Origin: an uncultured virus (IMG/VR IMGVR_UViG_3300046170_000428) | Taxonomy: Duplodnaviria > Heunggongvirae > Uroviricota > Caudoviricetes | DNA length: 64,000 nt | IMG/VR virus record: IMGVR_UViG_3300046170_000428 | Strand: one strand, 5' to 3' | Part shown: positions 30,257-39,765 of the stretch, piece by piece | Layout: every line of letters begins with the position of its first letter | Numbering within the stretch: the stretch's first letter is position 1 | Translations under genes and position numbers: made by a program | Notes under the pieces: model-generated | Seen by the model: the letters and a program-made list of their open reading frames with translations, nothing else | What the model was told of the DNA's origin: nothing | The model's database searches: none

Positions 30257-31223
30257 AGCCGCACAAGGAATAATTTATGCAGATCAATTAAAAAATGCTG
30301 GATATGATGTAACTATTAATTTAGTTAATAGCAAAATATATGATTATTCTTCTTATGAAGAAGTTTACATATATCATGGTTCTGACTGGGGTGGTAGTCT
30401 TAATTTATTTGGTGGGATTCAAGCCTATACAAATACAGACTTTGTAAAAGCACTTTCTGAATATAAAGGCACTGTTAAATCCATATTAATAGAATTTCCT
30501 GACTATGCTAAACTATTTCAAGATAGATTAACAAAAGCAAATTTAACATGGGATGTTGATTGGGATAATTTGTCGGCAATGACAAAAGCAGAAGTTATAG
30601 ATCCGAATAAAATCAAATTTTATAAGAATGTCTCATTTGGAGACAGCCACGCAATTAGTATGTATCGTCCAGGATGGGAAAATATATCTGTTCCGTTTTC
30701 AACTTTACATGGTTCAATTAATCGTGGATTTGAAACATTTATTTGTGAAAAGGCAGAATATGATAATATCGAAACATATTTTGGTAACATTGATATTAGG
30801 CATCATCTTTGTAGATTTGATGATCCAATTTTAGAAGCACAAAAATTAGCAAAAAGATATGTTGATGAGATCACTAGAATCGGTGATAAATATAACGCGA
30901 AGGTAAAAGTATGGGAACCTTTACCTATTGAAAATGAATCACGTAAAGTGCCAAAAACTGGTTGGTACAAAGGCACTCCTTTCTATGGTACATGGCAACA
31001 AAGAACAGATGTACGCAATGCATTTATTGATGCTCTTAATTGCGATGTATATAAATGGACAGAAAATTTAGTAAATGAAAAAGGTGAACTAGATTTTCAA
31101 TATATGGAAAAACCGCAATCAATTCATTTATCAAGAGCTGCATATCCTCATTGGACCGGCAAAGAATGGACTGATGATAAAATAGAAAAAACTCCTACAT
31201 TAGATAGCTTTTTTGGAGATTAG
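30198..31223 (+). CDS. two-domain protein with SGNH-hydrolase-like C-terminal domain
   Basis: FGDSHA, FGNIDIRHH, SIHL; C-terminal TLDSFF resembles the gp43 clamp-binding tail. Confidence 0.6.
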   Translation: MKKVLLTGLGPISNKIHSHKAAQGIIYADQLKNAGYDVTINLVNSKIYDYSSYEEVYIYHGSDWGGSLNLFGGIQAYTNTDFVKALSEYKGTVKSILIEFPDYAKLFQDRLTKANLTWDVDWDNLSAMTKAEVIDPNKIKFYKNVSFGDSHAISMYRPGWENISVPFSTLHGSINRGFETFICEKAEYDNIETYFGNIDIRHHLCRFDDPILEAQKLAKRYVDEITRIGDKYNAKVKVWEPLPIENESRKVPKTGWYKGTPFYGTWQQRTDVRNAFIDALNCDVYKWTENLVNEKGELDFQYMEKPQSIHLSRAAYPHWTGKEWTDDKIEKTPTLDSFFGD

Positions 31224-31224
31224 C

Positions 31225-31971
31225 ATGAAAATAGTAATTACAGGAACTGGTGGATTTATTGGAGGTCATCTTCAGAAAGCACTAGAAAAAGATGGTCATT
31301 ATATTATACCGTATGATCGTAAAACAGGAAAAGACATTCGTGATTTTAATATAGACGTTAATGTTGATATGGTAATCCATCTTGCAGCGGATGCAGACGT
31401 GAGACGAAGCATTCAATATCCAGATGAATATTGGGAAAATAATGTAGAACCAACAACAAGAATTCAAAGAATATGTTATGGTTTAAATATTCCACTCCTT
31501 TATGCATCTTCTTCTTGTATTCATAATTGGTCATTGTCACCTTATGGTACAAGTAAAAAAGTAAATGAAGAAACAGCATTTGAGGGTCAAACAGCATTAA
31601 GATTCACTACTGTTTATGGCGATGGTGCAAGAGAATCAATGTTAATTGGAAAATTACTCAATGGATCTATTCCATATCTTACAAGACATACAAGAGATTT
31701 TATTCATGTAGATGATGTTATTTCTGCCATTAAAACTATTATGGATACTCCTGTTGAAAAAAGAAAAAGAGCATATGACATCGGAACAGGTAAAGGTGTA
31801 ATTGTTAACGAATTAGGAATCCTTGCAGGTTGGGAAGGAATTGAAGTTACAGATGGAGATCCATGTGAGGCTCAAAATAATACAGCAGATAATAGTGAAT
31901 TAAAAATATTAGGTTGGAAACCTACAATTGATATTGAACAATATATTATTAAACATACTATTCCGCATTAA
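31225..31971 (+). CDS. NAD-dependent epimerase/dehydratase
   Basis: TGTGGFIG, HLAA, YASSS, YGTSK, RDFIHVDD. Confidence 0.92.
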   Translation: MKIVITGTGGFIGGHLQKALEKDGHYIIPYDRKTGKDIRDFNIDVNVDMVIHLAADADVRRSIQYPDEYWENNVEPTTRIQRICYGLNIPLLYASSSCIHNWSLSPYGTSKKVNEETAFEGQTALRFTTVYGDGARESMLIGKLLNGSIPYLTRHTRDFIHVDDVISAIKTIMDTPVEKRKRAYDIGTGKGVIVNELGILAGWEGIEVTDGDPCEAQNNTADNSELKILGWKPTIDIEQYIIKHTIPH

Positions 31972-31975
31972 AAGA

Positions 31976-32004
31976 TGTACAAATATATGAATATATGTTA
32001 TAAT
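31976..32004 (+). promoter_or_regulatory. TGTACA-N17-TATAAT promoter
   Basis: Exact motif upstream of uvsX. Confidence 0.8.
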
Positions 32005-32032
32005 ACTTTATATAATAAAAAAGGAGTAATGC

Positions 32033-33073
32033 ATGTCCATTATGGATAAACTAAAAAAGAACTCAAAAGTTAAAACATCAGAGGTTTTAGCAGATTCAAA
32101 GTTCTTTAATGACAAAGATATGATACCGACTGACACACCAATGATTAATATTGCTTTATCTGGTGATGCAGATGGTGGTTTAGCACCTGGACTTACTGTA
32201 CTTGCTGGTCCTTCTAAACATTTTAAAACTTCATTTGGTTTAATTATGGCTAGTGCGTATTTAAAAAAATATGATGATGCAGTTTTATTATTTTATGATT
32301 CAGAATTTGGTTCACCTCAAAAATATTTTGAGCAATTTGATATTGATACTAGTCGTGTACTTCATACACCTATTACAAATGTTGAAGAATTAAAGTTTGA
32401 TGTAATTAGTCAATTAGAAAATCTTGATCGAGACGATAAAGTAATTATTATGATTGATTCTGTTGGTAATCTTGCATCAAAAAAAGAAATGGAAGATGCG
32501 ATTAATGAAAAATCAGTAGCAGATATGTCAAGAGCAAAGGCACTCAAAGGTCTATTTAGAATGTGTACGCCATATTTAAATATGAAAAATATTCCAATGA
32601 TTGCAGTTAATCATACATATATGGAAATTGGGTTGTTTCCAAAAGCTGTAGTCTCAGGTGGTACAGGTATATACTATTCAGCAGATAATATTTGGATTCT
32701 TGGCCGTAGACAAAATAAAAAAGGCACAGATATTGTAGGTTATGATTTTGTTATTAATGTAGAAAAATCAAGATATGTTAAAGAAAAATCTAAGATACCT
32801 ATTAGTGTTAGTTGGGAAGGCGGTGTACAAAAATGGTCAGGTCTTTTAGATGTAGCATTACAAGGTAATTATGTTGCTAAACCGTCTAATGGATGGTATT
32901 GTAGAGTTGACAAAGAAACTGGTGAATTAGCTGAACCAAAAGTAAGAGAAGCCGCAACTTTAGAAGAAGAGTTTTGGAAACCAATTTTTGAAAAAACTGA
33001 CTTTAAAGAATATTTAAAAGGCGTTTACCAAATTGGTGGAAAAGGAAGTATTGATTTTGAGGAAATTGAATAA
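32033..33073 (+). CDS. uvsX: RecA-like recombinase UvsX
   Basis: AGPSKHFKT, YDSEFG, ADMSRAK, SGGTG. Confidence 0.96.
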   Translation: MSIMDKLKKNSKVKTSEVLADSKFFNDKDMIPTDTPMINIALSGDADGGLAPGLTVLAGPSKHFKTSFGLIMASAYLKKYDDAVLLFYDSEFGSPQKYFEQFDIDTSRVLHTPITNVEELKFDVISQLENLDRDDKVIIMIDSVGNLASKKEMEDAINEKSVADMSRAKALKGLFRMCTPYLNMKNIPMIAVNHTYMEIGLFPKAVVSGGTGIYYSADNIWILGRRQNKKGTDIVGYDFVINVEKSRYVKEKSKIPISVSWEGGVQKWSGLLDVALQGNYVAKPSNGWYCRVDKETGELAEPKVREAATLEEEFWKPIFEKTDFKEYLKGVYQIGGKGSIDFEEIE

Positions 33074-33276
33074 TGATGAATAGTAGAAGTATAGTAAGAG
33101 ATGTAAAAGCAATGTCTCTGGGTTTAGATATGATTAATCAAGAAATTAATTATTGGACAAAAAATAGTAACCAAACTAAATCAATTAAAAAAAGAATTGA
33201 AAGATTAAATGTGGCTAAAAAACATTTAATTGAGAATCCAGAAAAAGCAAACGAATTGATGAGTAAATTATCATGA
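33073..33276 (+). CDS. hypothetical protein
   Basis: 67-aa coupled ORF. Confidence 0.6.
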   Translation: MMNSRSIVRDVKAMSLGLDMINQEINYWTKNSNQTKSIKKRIERLNVAKKHLIENPEKANELMSKLS

Positions 33277-33464
33277 ATGAAGGACCATTTACAACAAACG
33301 TTAAATCAGATTTAAAAGGTGTTATTCGAAGAGAAATTATAACTTATCGATGGAAAGATAATATGCTTGTAAAAGAATCTGCAGTTCGAATATATAACAA
33401 CAAAAATGATTATACTGATTCATTGACGTCTACACCATTACCTCAACCAGAGAGTTCAAAATGA
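33273..33464 (+). CDS. hypothetical protein
   Basis: 63-aa coupled ORF. Confidence 0.65.
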   Translation: MNEGPFTTNVKSDLKGVIRREIITYRWKDNMLVKESAVRIYNNKNDYTDSLTSTPLPQPESSK

Positions 33465-33796
33465 AATTATCTGAAGGTGTACACTATGAGTTAATCCTTA
33501 ATGAAGAACAAGATGAAAATTGGTCAGTTAGAGTTCTTAAAGATAAATTTGTAGAAACGGTTATTAAATTTCATGCAATTGCAATTAATGAAAAAACTGA
33601 TAATTTGTCTTTTAATTTTCATGTTATAAGTTCTCCAAATCCTGATGCGCATATTGATAATGAAGAATTACAACAATATGCTGGGTTTATTTTACAAGAT
33701 ATTTTAGACACTTGTGTGCACGAGGGATCTGCAAAATTTACAGATAGGGCGACTGGTGAAGAATTAAATGCTGATGAAGTTTATAAGAATAGGTAA
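33461..33796 (+). CDS. hypothetical protein (gp40 position)
   Basis: Lies between uvsX and gp41, as T4 gp40 does; function inferred from synteny only. Confidence 0.6.
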   Translation: MKLSEGVHYELILNEEQDENWSVRVLKDKFVETVIKFHAIAINEKTDNLSFNFHVISSPNPDAHIDNEELQQYAGFILQDILDTCVHEGSAKFTDRATGEELNADEVYKNR

Positions 33797-33798
33797 TA

Positions 33799-35178
33799 AT
33801 GCAAGCAAATATTGAACAAACTATATTAAGAAATCTTCTTACTGATGAAAAATATATGCGGAAAGTTCTTCCGTTTATTAAACCTGATTATTTTCAAGGT
33901 GTTTATAAAACGCTATTTAGAGAAGTCGGTAAATATGTAGCAAAATATAATAAACTACCATCAAGTGAATCATTGTCAATTGAACTTCAAGATGCTAATA
34001 TGTCTCAAGATCAATTTACTATGGCAATGGAAATAGTTCCTCAACTTTTTACTATTGAAAAGATTGATCAAGAATGGCTATTAAATAATACAGAAAAATG
34101 GTGTCAAGATAGAGCAATTTATAATTCCATAATGGAATCCATTTCAATCATCGATGGTAAACACGAGTCGCTCACTAAGAACGCCCTACCTGAACTCTTA
34201 CAAAAGGCCTTAGGCGTAGCTTTTGACACAAATGTAGGTCATGACTATATTGAGAATGCAGAAGAACGTTATGATTTCTATCATAAAGAAGAAGATCGTA
34301 TCCCCTTTGATCTTGACTATTTCAACAAGATTACAAAAGGTGGTGTTCCGCGTAAAACACTTAACATTGCCCTTGCAGGTACGGGCGTTGGTAAATCTTT
34401 ATACATGTGCCATGTAGCTGCTAGTTCTTTGGTAGAAGGTCGTAATGTCCTTTATATTACAATGGAAATGGCTGAAGAACGTATTGCTGAGCGTATCGAT
34501 GCTAATCTTTTAAATGTTCCTATTGATCAACTTGATAGTATGTCAAAAGATATGTTTACCGAAAAGGTAAATAACCTTGCACGTAAAACAACCGGTAGAT
34601 TAATTGTAAAAGAATATCCAACTGGTTCTGCACATGCGGGTCATTTTAGAGCATTACTAAATGAACTTAAATTAAAGAAACAATTCGAACCTGATGTTAT
34701 TTTTGTTGATTATTTAAATATTTGTGCATCATCTCGAATGAAAGCAATGGGAGGATCAATCAATTCATATACTTACATTAAAGCAATTGCTGAAGAGCTA
34801 CGTGGTCTTGCGGTCGAGTTCGACTTACCGATCTTCTCTGCAACGCAAACGACTCGTTCAGGTTATAGTAACTCGGATGTTGGGCTTGAAGATACGTCCG
34901 AATCTTTTGGATTACCCGCTACCGCAGATTTAATGTTTGCCTTAATATCAACTGAAGAGCTTGAAAAAGATGGTCAGATGATGGTTAAACAATTGAAGAA
35001 TAGATATAACGATCCTACTCAACATAAAAGATTCGTAATTGGTGTAGATCGATCTAAAATGCGTTTATATGATGTTGAAGAAACCCAACAAAATCTAGTA
35101 GATGATACTCCAGTTTTTGATAAAACAAATAGTGGTGAAAGATTATCTCATGAAAAATTTGGAGATTTTAAACTATGA
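33799..35178 (+). CDS. 41: replicative DnaB-like helicase (gp41)
   Basis: AGTGVGKS, EMAEE, DYLNI, SESFGLP, LKNRY. Confidence 0.96.
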   Translation: MQANIEQTILRNLLTDEKYMRKVLPFIKPDYFQGVYKTLFREVGKYVAKYNKLPSSESLSIELQDANMSQDQFTMAMEIVPQLFTIEKIDQEWLLNNTEKWCQDRAIYNSIMESISIIDGKHESLTKNALPELLQKALGVAFDTNVGHDYIENAEERYDFYHKEEDRIPFDLDYFNKITKGGVPRKTLNIALAGTGVGKSLYMCHVAASSLVEGRNVLYITMEMAEERIAERIDANLLNVPIDQLDSMSKDMFTEKVNNLARKTTGRLIVKEYPTGSAHAGHFRALLNELKLKKQFEPDVIFVDYLNICASSRMKAMGGSINSYTYIKAIAEELRGLAVEFDLPIFSATQTTRSGYSNSDVGLEDTSESFGLPATADLMFALISTEELEKDGQMMVKQLKNRYNDPTQHKRFVIGVDRSKMRLYDVEETQQNLVDDTPVFDKTNSGERLSHEKFGDFKL

Positions 35179-35276
35179 GCAATAAAGAAACTCACGACGA
35201 TCCAGAACCAGAAAGATATTATGATTGGATGCTATGGAAATTGCGTCAACTAGAAAAGGAAAAAGGAAATGAATGA
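35175..35276 (+). CDS. small hypothetical protein (33 aa)
   Basis: MSNKETHDDPEPERYYDWMLWKLRQLEKEKGNE; ATGA overlap with gp41; GGAG RBS. Confidence 0.55.
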   Translation: MSNKETHDDPEPERYYDWMLWKLRQLEKEKGNE

Positions 35277-35934
35277 TGCTAGGATTATCTCATATTCACA
35301 CACACCCAAAGACACATTATACGTTGGAGAAAACATCCAAGACCTCATTGCGTATTGCGCCCGTGTCTCCAATCCATCAAACCAAAATAACACCGAAACG
35401 TCCGAAAAACTATTACGATATCTCATCAAACACAAACACTGGTCACCTTTCGAAATGGTATCTGCTTGCCTAGAAATTACAACAACTCGTGATATTGCTA
35501 GACAAATTTTAAGACATCGTAGTTTTAGTTTTCAAGAATTTAGTCAAAGATATGCAAATCCAGTAGAGGAGCTACATTTTGTTACAAGAGAAGCGAGAAT
35601 GCAAGACGATAAGAATAGACAAAATAGTATTGAAGTTGATGATGAAACTTTCCAACTCGATTGGGAAAGAGATCAAAAACGAGCCATATGGATGTGTAAA
35701 CAAGTCTACCAAGATGCAATCAAAAAAGGAATAGCAAAAGAACAGGCAAGAGCCGTTTTACCAGAAGGGTTAACCGAATCTCGCTTGTATATGAATGGAT
35801 CTCTTCGCTCTTGGATTCATTATGTTGAATTAAGATCTGGACCAGAAACTCAAAAAGAACATAGAGACATTGCTATTGCATGCGCTAAAGCAATTGAACC
35901 TATCTTTCCAATGATTACTGAATTTGTCGTATGA
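35269..35934 (+). CDS. thyX: flavin-dependent thymidylate synthase ThyX
   Basis: HWSPFE, RQILRHRSFSFQEFSQRY, EQARAVLP. Confidence 0.95.
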   Translation: MNDARIISYSHTPKDTLYVGENIQDLIAYCARVSNPSNQNNTETSEKLLRYLIKHKHWSPFEMVSACLEITTTRDIARQILRHRSFSFQEFSQRYANPVEELHFVTREARMQDDKNRQNSIEVDDETFQLDWERDQKRAIWMCKQVYQDAIKKGIAKEQARAVLPEGLTESRLYMNGSLRSWIHYVELRSGPETQKEHRDIAIACAKAIEPIFPMITEFVV

Positions 35935-36113
35935 TAAAACTCTGGCACTTCTGGTGTAAGGCAATGGGTAGTCATGCCTACGACAATGATGAAAAAGACG
36001 ATCACGTTCACAATATAATTAGAACACTATGGGTATTACTTCACGTTGTTACTTGTTTTGCTATTATCCTCAATGCTATCCAGAATCATGGATGGAAACT
36101 CATTTTTATGTAA
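35931..36113 (+). CDS. small membrane protein
   Basis: WCKAMG; hydrophobic C-terminal segment. Confidence 0.65.
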   Translation: MIKLWHFWCKAMGSHAYDNDEKDDHVHNIIRTLWVLLHVVTCFAIILNAIQNHGWKLIFM

Positions 36114-36118
36114 AAAAA

Positions 36119-36191
36119 TTCAAATAAAATGAAAAAAAGTGTGTACAAAGCCGAAAAAGCATGGTATAATATACTTATAAAATGAAAAAAG
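36119..36191 (+). repeat. ~70-bp early promoter cassette, copy 2
   Basis: Near-identical to 25305-25376; TGTACA at 36142, TATAAT at 36165. Confidence 0.85.
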
Positions 36192-36209
36192 ACAGTGAAA
36201 GGAAATATT

Positions 36210-36416
36210 ATGTCAAAAATGAAAAATCACATTATGGATATTGAAGAGCAAGTTTTCGGATTAGATCTAGAAAAAATCATTACTGAATCAGAAAATACTT
36301 CAGAAGCCAAAGCATTAGTTATCAACCAGCTTAGTTTTACAAATTCATTTGATATCGGTATCGCGTCAGATGTTGTCGACAATTCTTGGAATGAGTACTG
36401 GGGAGATTATGTATAA
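36210..36416 (+). CDS. hypothetical early protein
   Basis: Start MSKMKNHIMD after an AAGGA RBS. Confidence 0.65.
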   Translation: MSKMKNHIMDIEEQVFGLDLEKIITESENTSEAKALVINQLSFTNSFDIGIASDVVDNSWNEYWGDYV

Positions 36417-36604
36417 TGAAACATAAAATTGTTATTGGTGAAAGTATTGCCACTGAAAATTATAACATTCCACGTAATGAGTTTGTAGCTCAAGCTTGGA
36501 CATTAGCAAAAAAAGATAACGATGTACATCGTGCAGCTATTAAGCACTATGATATCATTCAACAGGAGTTAGATGTATATGAAAAAATTATTCAAGAAGT
36601 TTAG
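36416..36604 (+). CDS. hypothetical protein
   Basis: 62-aa coupled ORF. Confidence 0.6.
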   Translation: MKHKIVIGESIATENYNIPRNEFVAQAWTLAKKDNDVHRAAIKHYDIIQQELDVYEKIIQEV

Positions 36605-36914
36605 TGGCAACGCTGAAATGGAACAACAAGATTCTGAAGATATCATGATTAATTATAAGTTTGGTGAAAACAAATATATTTCAGAAATTGCTGAATATAT
36701 TGATTCAACTTATAGTGCACATTATTCTAAAAAGAAATTTCAAGCTTCAGAATTTATTTATGATGCCGGTCATGGTACTGGTTTTAATATGGGCAATGTT
36801 ATGAAATATGCTCAAAGATATGGAAATAAAGGTTCTAATGAAGATGCAAGAAAAGATTTAATGAAAGTAATTCATTATGCTATTTTGCAACTCCACGTAC
36901 ATGACACGGATTAG
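36573..36914 (+). CDS. DUF3310-like protein
   Basis: HY...GFNMGNVMKYAQRYG.K...DLMKVIHY. Confidence 0.75.
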   Translation: MYMKKLFKKFSGNAEMEQQDSEDIMINYKFGENKYISEIAEYIDSTYSAHYSKKKFQASEFIYDAGHGTGFNMGNVMKYAQRYGNKGSNEDARKDLMKVIHYAILQLHVHDTD

Positions 36915-36917
36915 ATT

Positions 36918-37000
36918 TGTCAAAAAGTTGACAGTAATAATGTGACAAATTATTATAGGTGTCATTTTTTTGACACTGTATAAATAATAATGTGATAAAT
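36918..37000. promoter_or_regulatory. two TGTCA-N6-TGACA palindromes, a direct repeat and a late promoter
   Basis: Palindromes at 36918-33 and 36960-75; taataatgtgaYaaat at 36935 and 36985; TATAAATA at 36979-86. Confidence 0.65.
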
Positions 37001-37038
37001 AAGTTGTTAATAAATATTATTTAAAAAAGAGAAAATTT

Positions 37039-37584
37039 ATGATCAGAAAAATATTTATTTACAGCTTAGCTGTATTCTTTATTAGCATGGCTAATGCAGA
37101 AACTATTGTAACAGAAAGTACAACAAACAGTAAAATTATCACTGAAGGAAATATGGAAACAACTGTAAAGTCTCCACCTCCAAGTGCTATTAGTCCACAG
37201 TTTAGCAGTGGTAGTAATAGTGATTTATGTACAATTGGTGTTGCAGGTGCAGTGCAAACACAAATACTTGGTATTAGTGCTGGTACTACTTTTACAGAAG
37301 AAAATTGTATACGATTGAAGAATGCAAAAACATTATACGATATGGGTATGAAAGTTGCTGCAGTGAGTGTAATGTGTCAAGATAAAAAAGTATTTGATGC
37401 CATGATGATGGCAGGTACTCCGTGTCCATATGATGGTAAAATAGGTGAAGCAGCTAAAATCGGTTGGGAGTCACATGAAGATAAAAAGAAACACGAATTA
37501 AATGGAACGGATAAAAAACAAGATGTTAAACAAACTGCTACTTGGAGTATTGGTGGCATTCTTGCCTTCTTATTGTTACTCTGA
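37039..37584 (+). CDS. exported Cys-containing protein with C-terminal membrane anchor
   Basis: Signal peptide (ANA|E); PPPSAISP, DLC, ENC, MCQD, GTPCP; hydrophobic C-terminus. Confidence 0.8.
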   Translation: MIRKIFIYSLAVFFISMANAETIVTESTTNSKIITEGNMETTVKSPPPSAISPQFSSGSNSDLCTIGVAGAVQTQILGISAGTTFTEENCIRLKNAKTLYDMGMKVAAVSVMCQDKKVFDAMMMAGTPCPYDGKIGEAAKIGWESHEDKKKHELNGTDKKQDVKQTATWSIGGILAFLLLL

Positions 37585-38413
37585 TAATATTACACCATAT
37601 TATGGTACAACTCCGAATGCCGCACAAAATGGTCTAAATTGGAGTATGACAAATGTATTACCTGCTCCTCCAGGATTAGATATTAACGGTATCTTTTATA
37701 GATACACTGCAAATAAAAATCCAGAAGATGATATGAAAGTTCATGTGCAGAATAAAAATGCAAATGGAACAGGATATGTTTTTCGAGATACAGAAGATTG
37801 GTCAGGTGCACCAGGAGGAATAGAAGTACGTAAAATTATTGGAATAGGTGACATTCCAAGAGCTGCATGGGGAGATGGCTCTATAGAAGTTGAAGGGACT
37901 GGCACAATTGAAAATCCAACTGTAATTTATAGTTACAAAGTTGATCCTTGCTATGATCCACAGTTTAGTCCTAGTTGTCCAGGATATAAAGTACCAGTAC
38001 CTGATATACCTGAAGTAAAAATAGAATTATATGATGCAACTCAAGATGAATATGTAAATTTAAGCAGTGAAGAAAAAGTATCTATAGAAGAAAACGAAGA
38101 AAGATTAGCTGAGGAAGAAGAAAAAGAAAAAAAAGAAGCAGAAGAAAAGAAGAGAAAATATAGATTAGAAAAATTAATGTCTATCTCAGATGCTGCAGCA
38201 TTGTTTGCTGAAACTCAAATGATAGAACAAATGAATGGTATTATGCAAGATCAATTGAATAATACATATCTTGCTGCAACTATTCCAGGTGGACAATATA
38301 AAGAAACAATTATTTTGGTAGACAAAAAATTACCAGATAGTAAAGCCGGATTAAGAAACGGTTTAGCACAACAGATATTGCATGAGAAAATGATTTCTCA
38401 GCAATACAAATAG
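37523..38413 (+). CDS. exported protein
   Basis: Signal-like MLNKLLLGVLVAFLPSYCYS; DPCYDPQFSPSCPGY; charged coiled coil. Confidence 0.75.
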   Translation: MLNKLLLGVLVAFLPSYCYSDNITPYYGTTPNAAQNGLNWSMTNVLPAPPGLDINGIFYRYTANKNPEDDMKVHVQNKNANGTGYVFRDTEDWSGAPGGIEVRKIIGIGDIPRAAWGDGSIEVEGTGTIENPTVIYSYKVDPCYDPQFSPSCPGYKVPVPDIPEVKIELYDATQDEYVNLSSEEKVSIEENEERLAEEEEKEKKEAEEKKRKYRLEKLMSISDAAALFAETQMIEQMNGIMQDQLNNTYLAATIPGGQYKETIILVDKKLPDSKAGLRNGLAQQILHEKMISQQYK

Positions 38414-38422
38414 GAGAGAAAA

Positions 38423-38926
38423 ATGCTTAAAAAAGCAGGTATTATTTTTGCTATGAGTTTATTCACATTATCAGCATATGCGGTTGATGTACCAATTAGC
38501 GGAACTGTACAATCCCGTTGTGTAATTACAACAGACACACCTGGTACATATGGAAACCCAAATGCATACACACTCACAACTTCATCATCAGATGGTGGTG
38601 TACAACCGATAGTGAGATATGACGTAACATTGGCTGATGCTTATTATGCACAGATTACTACACCAACATCATTTGATACAAGTCCTTCACTTACTGATAC
38701 AGTAACTTGGACAGGATCAACTGAAGTAAGTAGTGTAAGCGATGCGACCAATATGGCAGGTTACGAAAGTGCAAAAACAACATTTGGACAAACAACACAG
38801 TTTGACTTAACTGCTACTGGTTCAACTTGGTTTAAATCAACTTCTGTTGCAACTAACGGCGGAAACAAAGCATTTCCTGGCGGTAATTATTCAGCAACAG
38901 TAGAAGCTGTATGCATAGCCAAATAA
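38423..38926 (+). CDS. exported pilin-like (Csu/spore-coat-U-like) beta protein
   Basis: Signal (AYA|V), ISGTVQSRC, C-terminal PGGNYSATVEAVC; rich in Thr and Ser. Confidence 0.6.
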   Translation: MLKKAGIIFAMSLFTLSAYAVDVPISGTVQSRCVITTDTPGTYGNPNAYTLTTSSSDGGVQPIVRYDVTLADAYYAQITTPTSFDTSPSLTDTVTWTGSTEVSSVSDATNMAGYESAKTTFGQTTQFDLTATGSTWFKSTSVATNGGNKAFPGGNYSATVEAVCIAK

Positions 38927-39310
38927 ATGTATAAATATTTCATATCACTTTTATTGATTGTTCTTTCATACAACGCTTTTGCGCATGAGATGACACCAAC
39001 TTATCCTACGTGGAAGTACGCTTATATGGATGATTTGCTTGTTACTCGTATAGAGGTTTTTAATAAAAGGAATGATGTTGAATATTACGAGTTAGGGGTG
39101 TTTGATAAAAACTGGAGGCCTATTCCATTTGTTTCGCAATATATAATTTTAAATATACCATATCTAGAACGTGTTGAAGTAGATGTTTATATTAGAGAAA
39201 TTGACAAATTTAATGCTGAATACATATGTAGTAAGTCAAAGATGAAAACTGAAGATTTAAACTCGTCTAGTATTTCATCAAAAATATGTTCTCGATTCAA
39301 ACATGAATAG
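38927..39310 (+). CDS. exported protein, PapD-chaperone-like N-domain
   Basis: Signal (AFA|H), HEMTPTY, IEVFNKR...YELGVFD; paired Cys. Confidence 0.5.
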   Translation: MYKYFISLLLIVLSYNAFAHEMTPTYPTWKYAYMDDLLVTRIEVFNKRNDVEYYELGVFDKNWRPIPFVSQYIILNIPYLERVEVDVYIREIDKFNAEYICSKSKMKTEDLNSSSISSKICSRFKHE

Positions 39311-39312
39311 GT

Positions 39313-39753
39313 ATGAAAAAACTATTATTAATATTATCACTTTTATCAACCACCGCATTCGCTAATAGTAATTCTTTAAATCTTCAATTACCTAATGGTC
39401 AAAATAATTATTCTTCTGATAAGTTTAGAGCAGGAGATTTAGATTGTCAAAATGCTATCGGTGGTAGCACTAATTTAGAATTTGGTGTTACTGGTCTTAT
39501 TGACAACTATCAAAGTCCATTTGATGATAATACAACTATAGGTAACAGTACAAAAGATATTGGTGTCTATGCAAGAATTACGATACCGCTTGACGGTCCA
39601 AAAGAACGTATTAATTGTAATACGCTCTATCAATTAGAATTAAAGAAGAAAAGATTGGAAGTTTTAAAATTAGAACAAGAACTTAAGAAGTTACGAGAGC
39701 TACAACTTAAGAATAAACTTAACAACAACGTTAAGATAGAAAAAACAAAATAA
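39313..39753 (+). CDS. exported protein with C-terminal coiled coil
   Basis: Signal (AFA|N), DKFRAGDLDC, GVYARITIPL, RINCNTLY. Confidence 0.75.
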   Translation: MKKLLLILSLLSTTAFANSNSLNLQLPNGQNNYSSDKFRAGDLDCQNAIGGSTNLEFGVTGLIDNYQSPFDDNTTIGNSTKDIGVYARITIPLDGPKERINCNTLYQLELKKKRLEVLKLEQELKKLRELQLKNKLNNNVKIEKTK

Positions 39754-39765
39754 TCTGGAGAGGAC

